A DNA stretch of 64,000 bases from Zygnema circumcarinatum SAG 698-1b. Lineage: Eukaryota > Plantae > Zygnematophyceae. Below are positions 10,340-22,596 of this stretch, one piece after another; position 1 is the stretch's first letter, and each line of letters begins with the position of its first letter. Location of the stretch: positions 310,001 through 374,000 of the forward strand of contig CM074816.1 in the NCBI GenBank assembly GCA_037447605.1, in the 5' to 3' direction. The translations under genes were made by a program, and so were the position numbers. A model generated the notes under the pieces. It was not told where the DNA came from, did not search any database, and saw nothing but the letters and a program-made list of their open reading frames with translations.

Positions 10340-13300
10340 TTAGAATTCCACAAGCATTGCCAAAGACATCCGGACAATCATCAGACATTGTGGCAAGGAG
10401 GGATGTTGGTAACTTTGCGACCTCTTTGAGCCTCGTCGTCTCTTGGACCCAATACGAGAAGGGTTTGCAGGCATGTAACGTTTACTTACCATTCAAGCAG
10501 TGAAAACATTCTAGAATTTGTGCTTTCTCCTTCTTTTTTCANNNNNNNNNNNNNNNNNNNNNNNNNNNNNNNNNNNNNNNNNNNNNNNNNNNNNNNNNNN
10601 NNNNNNNNNNNNNNNNNNNNNNNNNNNNNNNNNNNNNNNNNCTCTATATCCATCAAATCGTCACTGTCGCCCTCCTCATTGCTCGTCTCTGGCTCTGCAG
10701 AGGCTTCCGTATTTTCTCCAATTTCTCTAATTACCACATTTGCTACAGCCTCCACAACCTCTACTTTCTCTTCATTCTCTGCAATTTCTTCTTTTTCAAG
10801 TTCAAGTTCAAGTTCAGAACCCAACTGCTCTGCCTTTATAGCCGTATTTTCACCAATTTCTCTAGTTACCACGTTTGCTACAGCCTCTACAACCTCTACG
10901 TTCTCTCCATTCTCTACAATTTCTTCCTTTTCACGATCAAGTTCAGAACCCAACTGTTCTGCGTCTATAACCTCTCCGTTATCATCGTCTTTTTGGATAC
11001 CGGCTTGCTCTAAAACTGCCTCTTTCTTTAACACTTCTAGGAGTTCTGTTCCAGAAGGATCTGATTTCTCGGAGCTTTTAGGCTTTGTTTCATCCTGAGT
11101 GACAGTGGATGCCGGCCTTTTTGCGAGCTCTTTAAGTAAGCCTCTGCTCGAGCGTTCCATTTCCATAACCTGCACATCCTCGGAGAACGAAGTAACGTAA
11201 ATTTAGAAATTTCGCTAAAGAAAAGAAAAGGAGGAGAAAATAGTTGAAACTTCAAGTTTACATGCCTCAAAATACATCGTTTCCTGACAAAAGGCTCAGA
11301 AGAACAAAAAACTTCGTTCGTTGTGTCAATTTCGGCTCTCGAGAGTATCTCAAATAGCCTTTTGGGTTATACGGCTTTTGGGATATCAGGGCTTTCGAGT
11401 TGAAGCATGCTCAGGATCTCAGGTTTAAAGGGTTTCAAGTTTAAAGGGTTTCACGGTTACTGTCCCCTAGAAAGGTGAGTGGGATGCAACTGACCTCATC
11501 GTATGTCAAATTGAACCAGTCGTCTGCATAGCAGAAACAGTTTTTATGTGCTAATGTGAAAATCTGTTTCCACGCAAAACCCGGAAACGTGACAGTCATC
11601 AAGAAGCATTTGAATATTCCGATATCAGATTCTAGAAACTTCTTGATTTTTGAATTCCTCCACATCCTCCGACAGTACTGGTGAGGCATTCACATCCATT
11701 GTATGCATACAGGCATATATGCTACATGCTAAAGGATATGTCATCAAACTGGACTGACGGTTACCTGTCGCATCGAGTTGTTCATGAGCTTCTCAGCTTG
11801 GGATGCGACCCCCCAATAACTGCACTTACAAAAACAACGCGTTGAAGAGAATGTTGAAATTGCAACAAACCCGCACTATCTCCATTTTCAATTTCATTCC
11901 AATTTGATCCATTCATAATGTGAAGCGCTCTCCAATTTGTTAAAATTTGAAAAATGAACATAGAGCTCATGCTCATACGTATTTAACACAATTGTTTTGC
12001 TGCAATAGGATTTGTCTTGAGAGAAATTACTTTGCAACTACTCGAACGACCTTGTACGCGCACATAAGCGGTTGTTCACGCTGTTGCCATCCCTTTGTGA
12101 GGGGCCCCCTCCTGCTCACCAACATCATCAGTAGGCGTTTCAATGAAGAAAGCCCTTAAAAATGCAAACATTCTAAGAACTTTTAAAAAGTAAACATCAG
12201 GCGCCAAAGTTTGAGAGGCCCTAAAGAAAGCACAAATTCGAACGTTCCACATTTATATCAATTTTGCTTTGTCCTAGCGCTTAACATTAGCGAGAACGCC
12301 TTTGATGTTTGCAACTTTTCTGGGATTTATACAAGTGATGACTTAAGATGATCGTATGGTCGTAGTCTTGCGTAACTTCATGAGAACTGTAAACCCACTG
12401 AAGAGAAAGAACTGTATGCTTGTTCGAGTAGGTTTGTAGAAGTGAGGTGGAGGGTAGGACGGGAAGGAAGGGCTCAGACTTACTGCAGTGTGTTCGGCCG
12501 TACAAGCGATGGGTCCAAATGTTCTTTGTAGTCCCTTTTGGACACCTGTCACCAGCTCATTGGAAGATGCATAGCGATTCAGACTCCACAAGCGTCACCA
12601 TCTCCAGGCTCAGGTTGGATGCAAGGGAGATCTTTATTTATTTTTTTCGTTTACGTGGCATAACCTGAAATACAAAACCCTAAACTCATCAATCAATTTT
12701 AAATGAAATTAAGAAAATACTAAAATTCAACAACGCTTTCTCACAGGGTCTGCGCCGATGTCCACATAATCGATTTTTCGAATGGCCAACTCTTCACGTG
12801 AAAGCCCAAGAGCATTTTCGGTGGATCCGTCGTCCTGGAGATGGATCGTCACAATTTCAATTTGTAACTGCTCCACACATCAGATAGAATTAATCCGTAA
12901 GCATTTAACAAGAATTGGAGATCTTAGCAAATAAGCAAGGGGGTTCTCTAGGTTCGAGCACATTCCCGATGTATTTTGGTTGCCTCTTTTTATGATACTT
13001 ACAAGTGAAGTTATATGGTCTTTGTATGGAAGGAACACAGAGCCTGGAAAGAAAGGTTATTTAGCTGACCTTACTGAAAAATGGAATGGTCAATATTGAC
13101 TTCATAAAAGGGTATGTTATCCAACTCTTCTCATCCACTATAAGTGCATCTGCCGGAACTAGCCGAGTGACCTGCAAGTGCACTCTCCGCCATCAGAACA
13201 TGGCGCTTGCATGGTTAGGGTTATAGAAAGACTACTGTTCAAAGGGTTTGAAGTTCTACAGCTTCAGAAAATCCTTAGGCTTTGTATAATAACGTTCCAA

Positions 13301-15250
13301 GCCGGTTAGTAGTTTCAAAACTAATGATGATTTTTTTGAAGTTCACAAAGGACTCGGTGACTTTTACTTCCAAACTCGGAGCTTCACTAATGGGCTTGAA
13401 AATGATCGTCTGTCACACGCTTCAGATTTGACCGTTTATGGCTTAGAATACGGCATAGACAACTGTGGCTTTGCGAATCCTTCGGTGCAGATGAACTGCA
13501 TGGGACCAGAATTGTTTAGCCATTCGAAAAAAAGGGGAAAAAACGAGAAGCCATCGAGTCTCAAAGAGTATCCTCCCTGGTGTGTTGGTAGTCAAGGTAC
13601 AAAGTTTGAAATGCATTGCTTTCTGTGAATACATCCCTGTCTTACCCAGTCTGGAAGGCGATTACCGAGTCGGTAGATTGTGTGAGTAAACACGCCCTCA
13701 CCCCAGACTTCATCAAGATATGGAGTGCTGGACAATACCTGTGAGAACCATGAATTGACAAACCTCTGAGTTAAACAGACTAGTGACGACAGAGTTAGCA
13801 ACGACAGCATCGATACATTCGATTTCGCGTCCTAAATCGATACCTGGGGAAACCTGCAAGTTCCCAAGGTCGATGTTGGATGGAAAGCTGGATGGAAGAA
13901 TTTTGACGTCTAGGTCGTAAATGACAAGATTAACAACGCTTCCTTTGAAAATCATGTGATCCAATATTTAAGCTGTCAAGCATATCAGAGTTCTGAAACA
14001 TTCAAGAGGAGACTAACGAATCTTTCAAAATTTTGTATGAACAAAATGATCATTGAGAATGTTCATATCTGTTGTTGCTTTTCTTCCTAAAATAACTCTT
14101 AATTTGATAGAGTGTGAGCTCGAGTGTTTTGGCTGAGGGTCGTGATTTTCGTACTGTTCCTCCTTGCCCCTCCTCCGTATTGTCAATATTGGTCCTCCAA
14201 TTTCCATAACGTTGACCTCTCCTGAATTCCTCCACTTCAGAGATACAGAAGAGCATGCACACGACAGAAAAGCGTTTGGTCTTTCTTAAACGCTTCATTA
14301 GTATATTATTTGGAAAACCAATGGTTTATACTTCGAAATTAAGGAGATCCAAAAAAAAAAGGAGCTGGTTACGGTTGTAGATAAGGCTTTCAGGAACTTG
14401 CGAAGGATAACCTTGACTTACTACCAGAACTTCAACTTCTTACTGACAGTCTGACAGAAGTTACTGCAACAAATAGCACAAAGACTGGTACAAATGCAGA
14501 TAATCAGTTTTCTTTTTTTAATGGGTGCAGCTCATTTTCTTGATGTACTGTGGAGAGTGGAGAGTTAGCTGGTGTGTGGGGGGGGGGGGGGGGGGGGGNN
14601 NNNNNNNNGGGGGGGGGGGAAAGGGGAGTACAGAGAGAGCGAGAGAGAGCCTTACGTGTGAGGGGTAGGACTATGCGCATCTCTGTTAAGCGCACCATGT
14701 TTTTAAACACTCCAAAAAGAGGTTTCAAGAAACGGAGAGGGAAGACGGGCGATCACGCCAACCTGGAGCCAAGTGAACGTGACAGACAGTCACATGCTTG
14801 AACACACTTTATTGACGTCCAATACTGCAGCATGCGTACTCTTCAAGAAAAACAGAGGCTGCATCGATTAGAACCAGCGGAAAAGACACCGCAGCATCCT
14901 AAGGATGCAAGTTCTCTGATCACTGCTTGTCTCATTAAAAATGTCGGCAAAGAATATTAAATTAGTCAGTAGGCACTAGTCACTTCTTTTCTTGAATTCT
15001 GAATGTTCTGCGGGTTGAAATAATTCAACTTCTTTTCGGTGTTTATCGTTGAAAGGGACGATGTGTAAGACAATAGTGACCAAACCATTCTGCCTGCATT
15101 GCCCGTTCAGTCATGCAACTGTATACTTTATGCATTTGAAAGATCATTCGTCTCAATAAACACAATGGTGAAAGGATAAAAACCTGCACAAAAAATATCT
15201 TTTTGTTTCTAGAGAGTTTACATTGCAAATTCACCAATCCATATCTGCAA
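10340..15250 (-). pseudogene. Decayed multi-exon gene of unknown family, with an acidic repeat exon and candidate mini-introns
   Basis: Protein-like exons chain in phase, e.g. VTRLVPADALIVDEKSWITYPFMKSILTIPFF|SSVFLPYKDHITSL|LQIEIVTIHLQDDGSTENALGLSREELAIRKIDYVDIGADP, plus an E-rich exon at 10642-11175. The chain is interrupted by stops, a 16-bp duplication near 11423-11454 and frameshifts. Boundaries are uncertain. Confidence 0.4.
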
Positions 15251-16881
15251 AAAGAACCTGAACTGAAACATTCCAAATCAAATTGACAAGAAACTCTCTT
15301 TTTAAATGTGATGATTACTTTAAGCACTTTTCAAAACATCCCTCTATTTGCAGTTTCCCGCATCTAGCCTCCTTTCAGATGTGTCCACTGTAGTTTGATC
15401 CCTTCAGTTCGTGAAACACACAGCCACTCACCTACAGACTCTTCCTGCGCTGACACTGTTTGTACAAAAGTCACTTATTTGGCATCCACCTCCACCTCCG
15501 CCATTTCTCCCCCATTCCCTCTCCCTCTCCCTCTCCCTCTCCCTCTCCCCCTTCCACCTCTCCCTCTGGCCTCCCCTCTACCGCTCCGTCTCACTCTCCC
15601 ACTTCCCTCTCCCTCCCTTGTGCCCCCAACCGTACTCTCCCTCTCAACGGCTCCAAACGATTCCCTCCAAATGATTCCCCCAAAAAAGAGCGAGTATAAT
15701 CAAACGGCACAGAGGAGCACGATATCGACGCTACACAGTACGTATTCTTTAAATGAACACACGCCGTGCTCTCCCATTAGTTGCCGCGGTTATTGAATTT
15801 ATCTGTGGATCCACAATGTTGATCCTCTATACATACTCGAGCGCTATTGGCTGCATCTCCAACAGGGCGGGAGTAGATCCACAGCTCAAAGTGGATCGGA
15901 ATGTCCCACTAAGCTGGGGTACCGTCAAAATCCATTGCCATGGCGGCGCGGGGCTTCGCAGAAGGTTCCATGGAGCTGCCGCGAAGGGATTATTGGGGAC
16001 CGCCACCAATTACTCGAGCAATGGCTGGCAGCCATTGGACTCAACCAATGGTTGGTAGTCAGTCCATTACCTTACAACCAATTAGGTTGAGAAATCGAAC
16101 ATTTTTTTACTTTATTGTTCAACGTTCAATTGGCAAAACAGAAAAAGTCAGTTGGACGTTTGAACAGGCGGATCGGATGTTCTGCAACTTGAGATTTTGA
16201 ACAATGTGAAAAAGAGTTCAAGAGTTTAATATTTTTCGCTACTACGGGTGGATTCCAAATCTTGCCACGTAAGATTCAAGCAGTCAGAGGGATGTCCTTA
16301 ACTCCGGCCGGAATTTTCGCCGTACGATTTTTTTCGCCAGATCAACGATTACCGTACGGTACAAAGGGATTCCACAACCGTACGGCAATGGAAACCAGAA
16401 AAACGGGTCCAGCGCTTTGCGATTTTGCCAAAATCTCATTGTTGATCGGTGGATGGAAAGTAAATCGAAATTGAGCGCGAATGGGAGTTCATTGTTGAAT
16501 GTTTAACTGGATTGGATTCGCATTGAACAAGGACTCATTTCTCAAAAAAAAACCCACAAACATAAAGCAGAAACTGTTTTTTGAACTGCGGTTTCGAAAG
16601 TTTTTGTTTTTGAGAAGCCAAAAGTCTTTAATTTCTTATGTGTTCAACCTAATTGGTAGTAGGGTACGGTACATTCAAGTATTCTCACGATGGCGATGAT
16701 GCCATCAAATGTAAATGGCCAACATCATAGGGAACCACGAGGAACTGGGCGCAAAGGACCCAAGCACAAAAGAAAAAAGCTAGGAGTGAACGATGGCATC
16801 ATGAGATCAATGTCAAATCCTAAGCAGTTGTCCTAAGCCCTTAATGGCCCTTACAAACAAACCAATTGACTGTTTCAGATT

Positions 16882-17018
16882 CAGTTCCAGTTCCAGTTCC
16901 AGTTCCAGTTCCAGTTCCAGTTCCAGTTCCAGTTCCAGTTCCAGTTCCAGTTCCAGTTCCAGTTCCAGTTCCAGTTCCAGTTCCAGTTCCAGTTCCAGTT
17001 CCAGTTCCAGTTCCAGTT
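16882..17018. repeat. (CAGTTC)22 microsatellite
   Basis: Perfect hexamer array about 640 bp upstream of the DnaJ ATG. Confidence 0.97.
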
Positions 17019-17654
17019 AGACGCTGTAACTGGACAAGCCCACCGACAGACCGACGCAGTCCGCCGCATTCTTGTGGTCGGCAAAGCTTCGAGAACCTTC
17101 CTCCAGCCACTGGCGACATGACGCGTGGCAGTTTGCCCTCGTTTTGTCGGCGGGTGGGTCCCACGGTCCCCGCCCCGCCCCCCCAGGTCTTAAACCCCGA
17201 ATCTGAACCCTTCCCTTAAACCTCAGGTTCATTGTGGACGTTTCTACGCACTTTTCACACCCTTTGAAAAAATTGGTAAATAGAAAAAACTCGGTTACGT
17301 ACGCCTAAAACCATGGTCCACGTGTACCATTCTCGGCCGTCGATCGGAAAATCGAACGGTTATAAATTGTTCGCCATCATTTTTGGTCTGCCCGTGAAAC
17401 GAAATCGTTGCACTTGTGAGCCCCGGTCCAGGAAAAAACTTTCCGGCCGTTGCCCGTCATCCGTAACTAATGGCGAACAAATTACAAAGGAGGTGACTCC
17501 ACTTTTTTTTACTTCAAAGGAAAAAAAATCGGCCTTACACCCTTTGGCTTCTCTGAGTTCTTTCCCTCTCCTGCTCTCCAAGGGGTGCCACCCTTAACCC
17601 TAACCCTAATTTCCTGCAGGCTCGCAACCCTAGACCTTGAACAGGCGGGCATCC

Positions 17655-20600
17655 ATGGCTGCAGTGGCCCTGCAGGCCGCCGCTGCTGCTCCCGCTCTTT
17701 TCCCTCCGAGCTCCTCGAGATCTTCCGCCTCCATTTGCAAAGCTCTCGCAGAGCCCTCCAGTTGGCAGGCATGGCCGTCCAAGCCACAAGGGTGCGGAAG
17801 CAGCTCGTAAAACAGAGGGGGACATGCCTGCATGCATGGTGCATGGGTGCATGGATGAATTTGAAGGGGCCCAATGGAAGGAATCTTGAGAAGAGTGCTG
17901 CATGAGATCCAAGCTAGAGGATTTTCTGGTCAATATGAATTGTATTCTTCTTCTTGATTGAACGTATGTCGGTTTGTTCACCTGGCTCAGTGGAGGCATT
18001 ATATAAGCATTAGGATTTTGATTCTTCACGAGCACGTTTCTTACGCATCTCAAGCTAGGCTTCGCGATCATTGCTGGAAATAGAAGTTGAGTCCGAAGGG
18101 TGCAGGGAGTGGCTTTCCTCCCTGGAGACGCCAAGATTTGACGCAGATAGTTGCCTGTAGAAGAAAAGGAAGCAATTTTGCTGACAATACTGTTTCAGTT
18201 CCAGTTTCAGTTTCGACTCAGTTTTCAGAATTTGCAGCTACAGCTTAACTTAGAGCGCGTGTTCCGGGGCCTTACTGCAGTTTGTGGACGATTTTTGCTT
18301 AGCCGCAGGAGACATAAAGGCCTAAGAGGAGCTGCGAGCTGCGCATTCTTTAGCGGCTCCTTGCATCTCAGTTCCAATTACTGTTCAGCTGGGAGACATA
18401 GACGATGCAGTCGAGGCAGCACCACAGTCAGAGCTGCCGGCGTAAGTTGTGGACATTGTATACCATACCCAAATCTGCTAACTGTGTAGCTTGGAGTATT
18501 AAAATGGCTCACTCGACTAATCATTTTACTCGGAGCAGGAAAATGCTGCTTTAAATTGGCTTGCATCTACTCGTCATTTTGCAAATGCATAGTGAATGCA
18601 TTTAGGATAAGAAGGGAGGTCTAATCTCCCTCTTCACTATTCCTTCTGTACTCCCCCTATCTCCTTCTCTCCCTCCCCTCCCCTTTTTTCTCCTTCCTCC
18701 TTTTCTCTCCCCTTTCAGGTCTCCCACTCCCTCCATCTTCTTCTCAATTTCCCCATTTTCTTTCTCAAGCCCCTTTCTTTATCTCCCTGAATCTGTCTGT
18801 GTCACTCCCCTTCCCACTTCTCCGTCCTTTTTCGCCTCCTCCCCACTCTCTCTCTTTTTCTCGCTCGCTCTTTCTCTCACTACTCCCCCCCTCTCTTCTA
18901 AAGGACATGAGAGGGAGCGCTCTTCTCTTTGCAGGATTACTATGATATCCTGGGCGTCAGTAAGGGAGCTGATAAAGCAGAGATAAAGGGAGGTGTGTGG
19001 CAAAGCCGAACTCTGTAAATGACGACTCTTTGTGTAGTTTAACACTCTCATTTAAAGCAATTTAATTTTGTTTTATATCAGAGAGCTGTCTTCGACTATT
19101 TCTCTTCGTCTCTACTCTCTCTCTCTTCCTCCCCTCACCGCCTCCCTTTATTTTCTCTTTTTTCTTGAGGTAAATCATGCGGTTCTGGCTGGTCGACATT
19201 TTTATAACTTCACGTTTTCCATTTTCAGTCATTTTCTGTGAAGCCAAATGGATGAATAGCGAAGTATGACGTATTCCACTGATTCTTCTTAATGAGGATC
19301 GAGCAACCGTCGAATCAATTATTCTGCTTCTTGTTCACTCGATTCTTGTAATTCATTAAATTTAGTGCAACTTCAAGTCCGTCAGTAGTGAGTCGGTCTC
19401 GGCTACAGAAAGGAAGAGAGCTGTTTAGAGTAGTAAAGCTTAAGCCCTCGTTTTGGTGATGGGCAGCGTACCGACGCCTTGCGCGAAAATTCCATCCCGA
19501 TGTAAACAAGTAAGTATAAACATGAACCTCAATTACACTAAAGCATGGTAGAATCATGAATTCCTTACTTGTATTAGCAATATAATGAAGATGGAGAACA
19601 CTAAAGCAGGGTAATACTGTGAAGGCCTCGGTTATGTCAAGAATCCAGAACGAGGCAAGATGAAAGTAGAGACGAGGGAGGGGAGAGAAAAAAGGGGGAG
19701 TGGAGAGTTTAGAGAGGTAGGAGTGAGAAGTCACTGCCTCCTAACGGAGGGGAAGAGATCGAGAAGGCACGGAGCATGGAGAGAATGAGGGGGGTGGAGA
19801 ACGAGAGTGAATAGGCAGGGTTACACATTCCCCTGCTTTGACGACCAAGCTTTTTCGGAAATATGCATATTCTTGCAAGCATGCCTGATGGGGAGAGATA
19901 AAGAAGTACTGATAATCCATCTTACTAACTGAAAACATGCTCCCGTGTGGGTTTTTTTCGCACTACAGGGAAGCCGACGCGGAGCAGAAGTTCAAAGAAA
20001 TCAGCAATGCTTATGAAGTAAGTTATTCTCCTTTTCACATTTCTCGTAAAGAACGAATATGTGAGGCAACTGGTGTGAACATTGAGTTCGATCACTTTTT
20101 TTTCAGATAAGAATATGTACAAGGTTTCATGACCTTGAATGTATACTTTTTGGGTAAAAATTCGTAATTTCAAAACGCCTTAAAAAATGGTTAAACAATC
20201 TCCCATTTTCCAAATCCTTTTTGACATGGGTGAGAGGTGGGCAGGTCTTGTCGGATGATAACAAGCGGAGCATATACGATCGATTTGGAGAGGCAGGGCT
20301 CAAAGGCATGGGAGGGGGCGGAGGGGCCCAAGGAATGGTACTGCAAATATTGAAAGCCTTAACCTGTGTAATTTTTTACTGATTGCTATTTTTGGAGCTC
20401 CTGTCTGTGCTGAAATTGAAATATGTTGCTGTTTGAGGACATGGTTGTAAGGAAATACATAATGAGGTGGTCTAGAGAAAGGGCAAATTATCCTCAATTA
20501 CACAGATAATAACCACACTTACGCCATAATTGAAACTTTTGTCACGCAGGACTTCAATAATCCATTCGATCTTTTCGATACTTTCTTTGGAGGTGGCCTA

Positions 20601-22596
20601 GGGGGCATGGGTGGGGGAGGTGGTAGAGCTTCTCGAACTCGACCGGTTCAGGGGGAGGATATACGCTATGACTTGCAGTTAGAATTCAAAGAGGGAGTAT
20701 TTGGGACGGAGAAACAGATTGACGTTCCAAGACTTGTAGCATGCTCCACGTGTGAAGGGAGTGGAGCCAAGCCAGGAACAAAACCCAGTACTTGTGCGAC
20801 ATGTAACGGGCAAGGACAGGTTAGCAGAAGCACTAAAAGATTCGATTCAATTCAATCACCTGATAGTCTGCATCTTGCTTCTTTTCGTGCAAATTCATCT
20901 GATCCTATTTCCATACTGATAATGGCTCTATGGGGTTTGCCTCTGACATTGCAACCAGCAAGGAAACCTTTACTTTCAGATTAACTTGTGATGATCGAGG
21001 AGGAGAGACATCATTACCGGTGATGTCATGCTTGTTGCAGGTGATGTCGACGACGCAGACTCCTCTTGGAACCTTCCAGCAGGTGGCAGTGTGCCCTGCA
21101 TGCGGCGGAACGGGAGAGAGGTCCACTCCCTGCAATGCATGTGATGGGAGCGGCCGCATGCGCAAGACTAAGACTGTCACACTCACGGTGAGCTTCCCCT
21201 CTCACACTCTAAAGTTCATCATTCCTTGTGTATGCTTAGGACCCCTGACTTGAATTCTATGAAGCCCTGATAGATACTTTGTGCTTCAAATCGAAGAGCA
21301 CAGATAAAGACGACGACATTCTGCAACATGGACTTAGACCCAAACATATGTTACGCTGCTTGTCCTCGTGGTTTTGCTTAGGTCCCCGCCGGCGTTGATA
21401 GCGGTACGAAACTTCGAGTTCGACTAGAAGGAAATGCAGGGAGGAGGGGTGGACCCGCCGGCGATCTGTATGTATTTGTGCGTCTGAAGGAGCACCCAGA
21501 GCTGAAGAGGGAGGGCACAAACATCCTCTTCCAAGTGAAGGTGTCTTATCTTGAGGCAATTTTGGGAACAACTGCAACAGTTCCGACTGTGGATGGAAAT
21601 GTGGAACTGAAAATTCCAGCCGGCACTCAGGTCAGCATGGAACAATGAATGAATGGCATTACACTGCATCATGAAAACTCCGAGGGACTTAAGAATCTTT
21701 ACAGTTTACTTCGCCCGTTCTAGTGTTTTGGCTGTTAGGAGCAAAGGAAGAGTGTATTGATTACGTTTGCAAAACTTGTTCATACTGTTTCGGTCAAGCA
21801 TCTCTTTTGACTTAGTGATTCGTGGTCTTGGACTGCCTTTTTGGTTTTTAGGGTTTTTAGGGTTTTTAGGGTTTTTAGGGTTTTTAAGCCATTTAGGGTA
21901 CTTAGAGCTGGGTGAACCTGAGGGTTTGATTGGCAATTCACATACCAGTAAGTCAGATGATTCCTCCCAGTAGGTCATGTCAGGCTTGTAAATCGTCAGT
22001 AGTACCGAAGAAGAAACTTCCGTCAGTTTGATACCAAAACGAGTTACTGTGGGGACGTCGTGATCCGCCTGCAAATAAAGTGATTTCAGTAATACTGAAG
22101 TAGCATCTTCCGTACAATTGTGATAAGCTGACACGCACTATTAGGTCATTCTGGGCCAACTGTTGGATGGTGAATTGAGTATGACAAGATAGTACATGGA
22201 ATATGTCACATCAGATAAGGAGATGAAACATGAACTAGACATGTCAACAGTCCATCTGACATGCTGCATGATGATGTCACAGTACATTTACATTTGGAAT
22301 GCAAGACGCGCGTTTAATCCTATGCAAAAACGTTTTAAGGGGCTTCAAGGCATCCAGACCGTGAATGATACAGACTGAATAACGTAAACTGATTCATAAT
22401 AATAGTCGTTGTGCAGCCCGGCACCACTCTGGTGATGGCGAAACGTGGAGTGCCCATGTTGGGCAAGTCGGCGCTGCGCGGTGACCAGCTGGTGAAGGTG
22501 ATGGTGGACATCCCAAAGCGCGTCTCTGGGGATGAAAAGAAATTGCTCGAGGAGCTTGCTGAGCTCTCGAAGAAGAAACCGGCGGGCACAAGGTGA
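17655..22596 (+). CDS. dnaJ: Chloroplast type-A DnaJ/Hsp40 co-chaperone
   Basis: Transit-peptide exons (17655-17791 and about 18238-18441; the joining frame is not cleanly resolved). J domain [10 protein letters not shown] (18935-18992), [15 protein letters not shown] (19467-19509), 19969-20017, 20245-20337. G/F region and four CxxCxGxG motifs (20550-20819, 21041-21187). C-terminal domain 21382-21630 and 22417-22596. Confidence 0.96.
21845..21880 (+). repeat. Interstitial telomere-like (TTTTTAGGG)4 in the last DnaJ intron
   Basis: Four perfect 9-mers followed by degenerate TTTTTAAGCC ATTTAGGG. Confidence 0.9.

Noticed and set aside
10340-15250. Alternative genetic code (TAA/TAG = Gln) explaining the in-frame stops
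   Set aside because: TGA stops and frameshifts also interrupt the frames, so decay is the simpler explanation.
16841-17219. ORFs with poly-TG, VP or NW
   Set aside because: They are translations of (CAGTTC)22.
21706-22134. 142-aa antisense ORF in a DnaJ intron (KNPKNP repeats)
   Set aside because: The repeat is the telomere-like tract translated, and the rest has no recognisable motif.
22265-22380. Intronic C/D-box snoRNA (ATGATGA ... CTGA)
   Set aside because: No terminal stem or recognisable rRNA-complementary guide; such boxes arise by chance.
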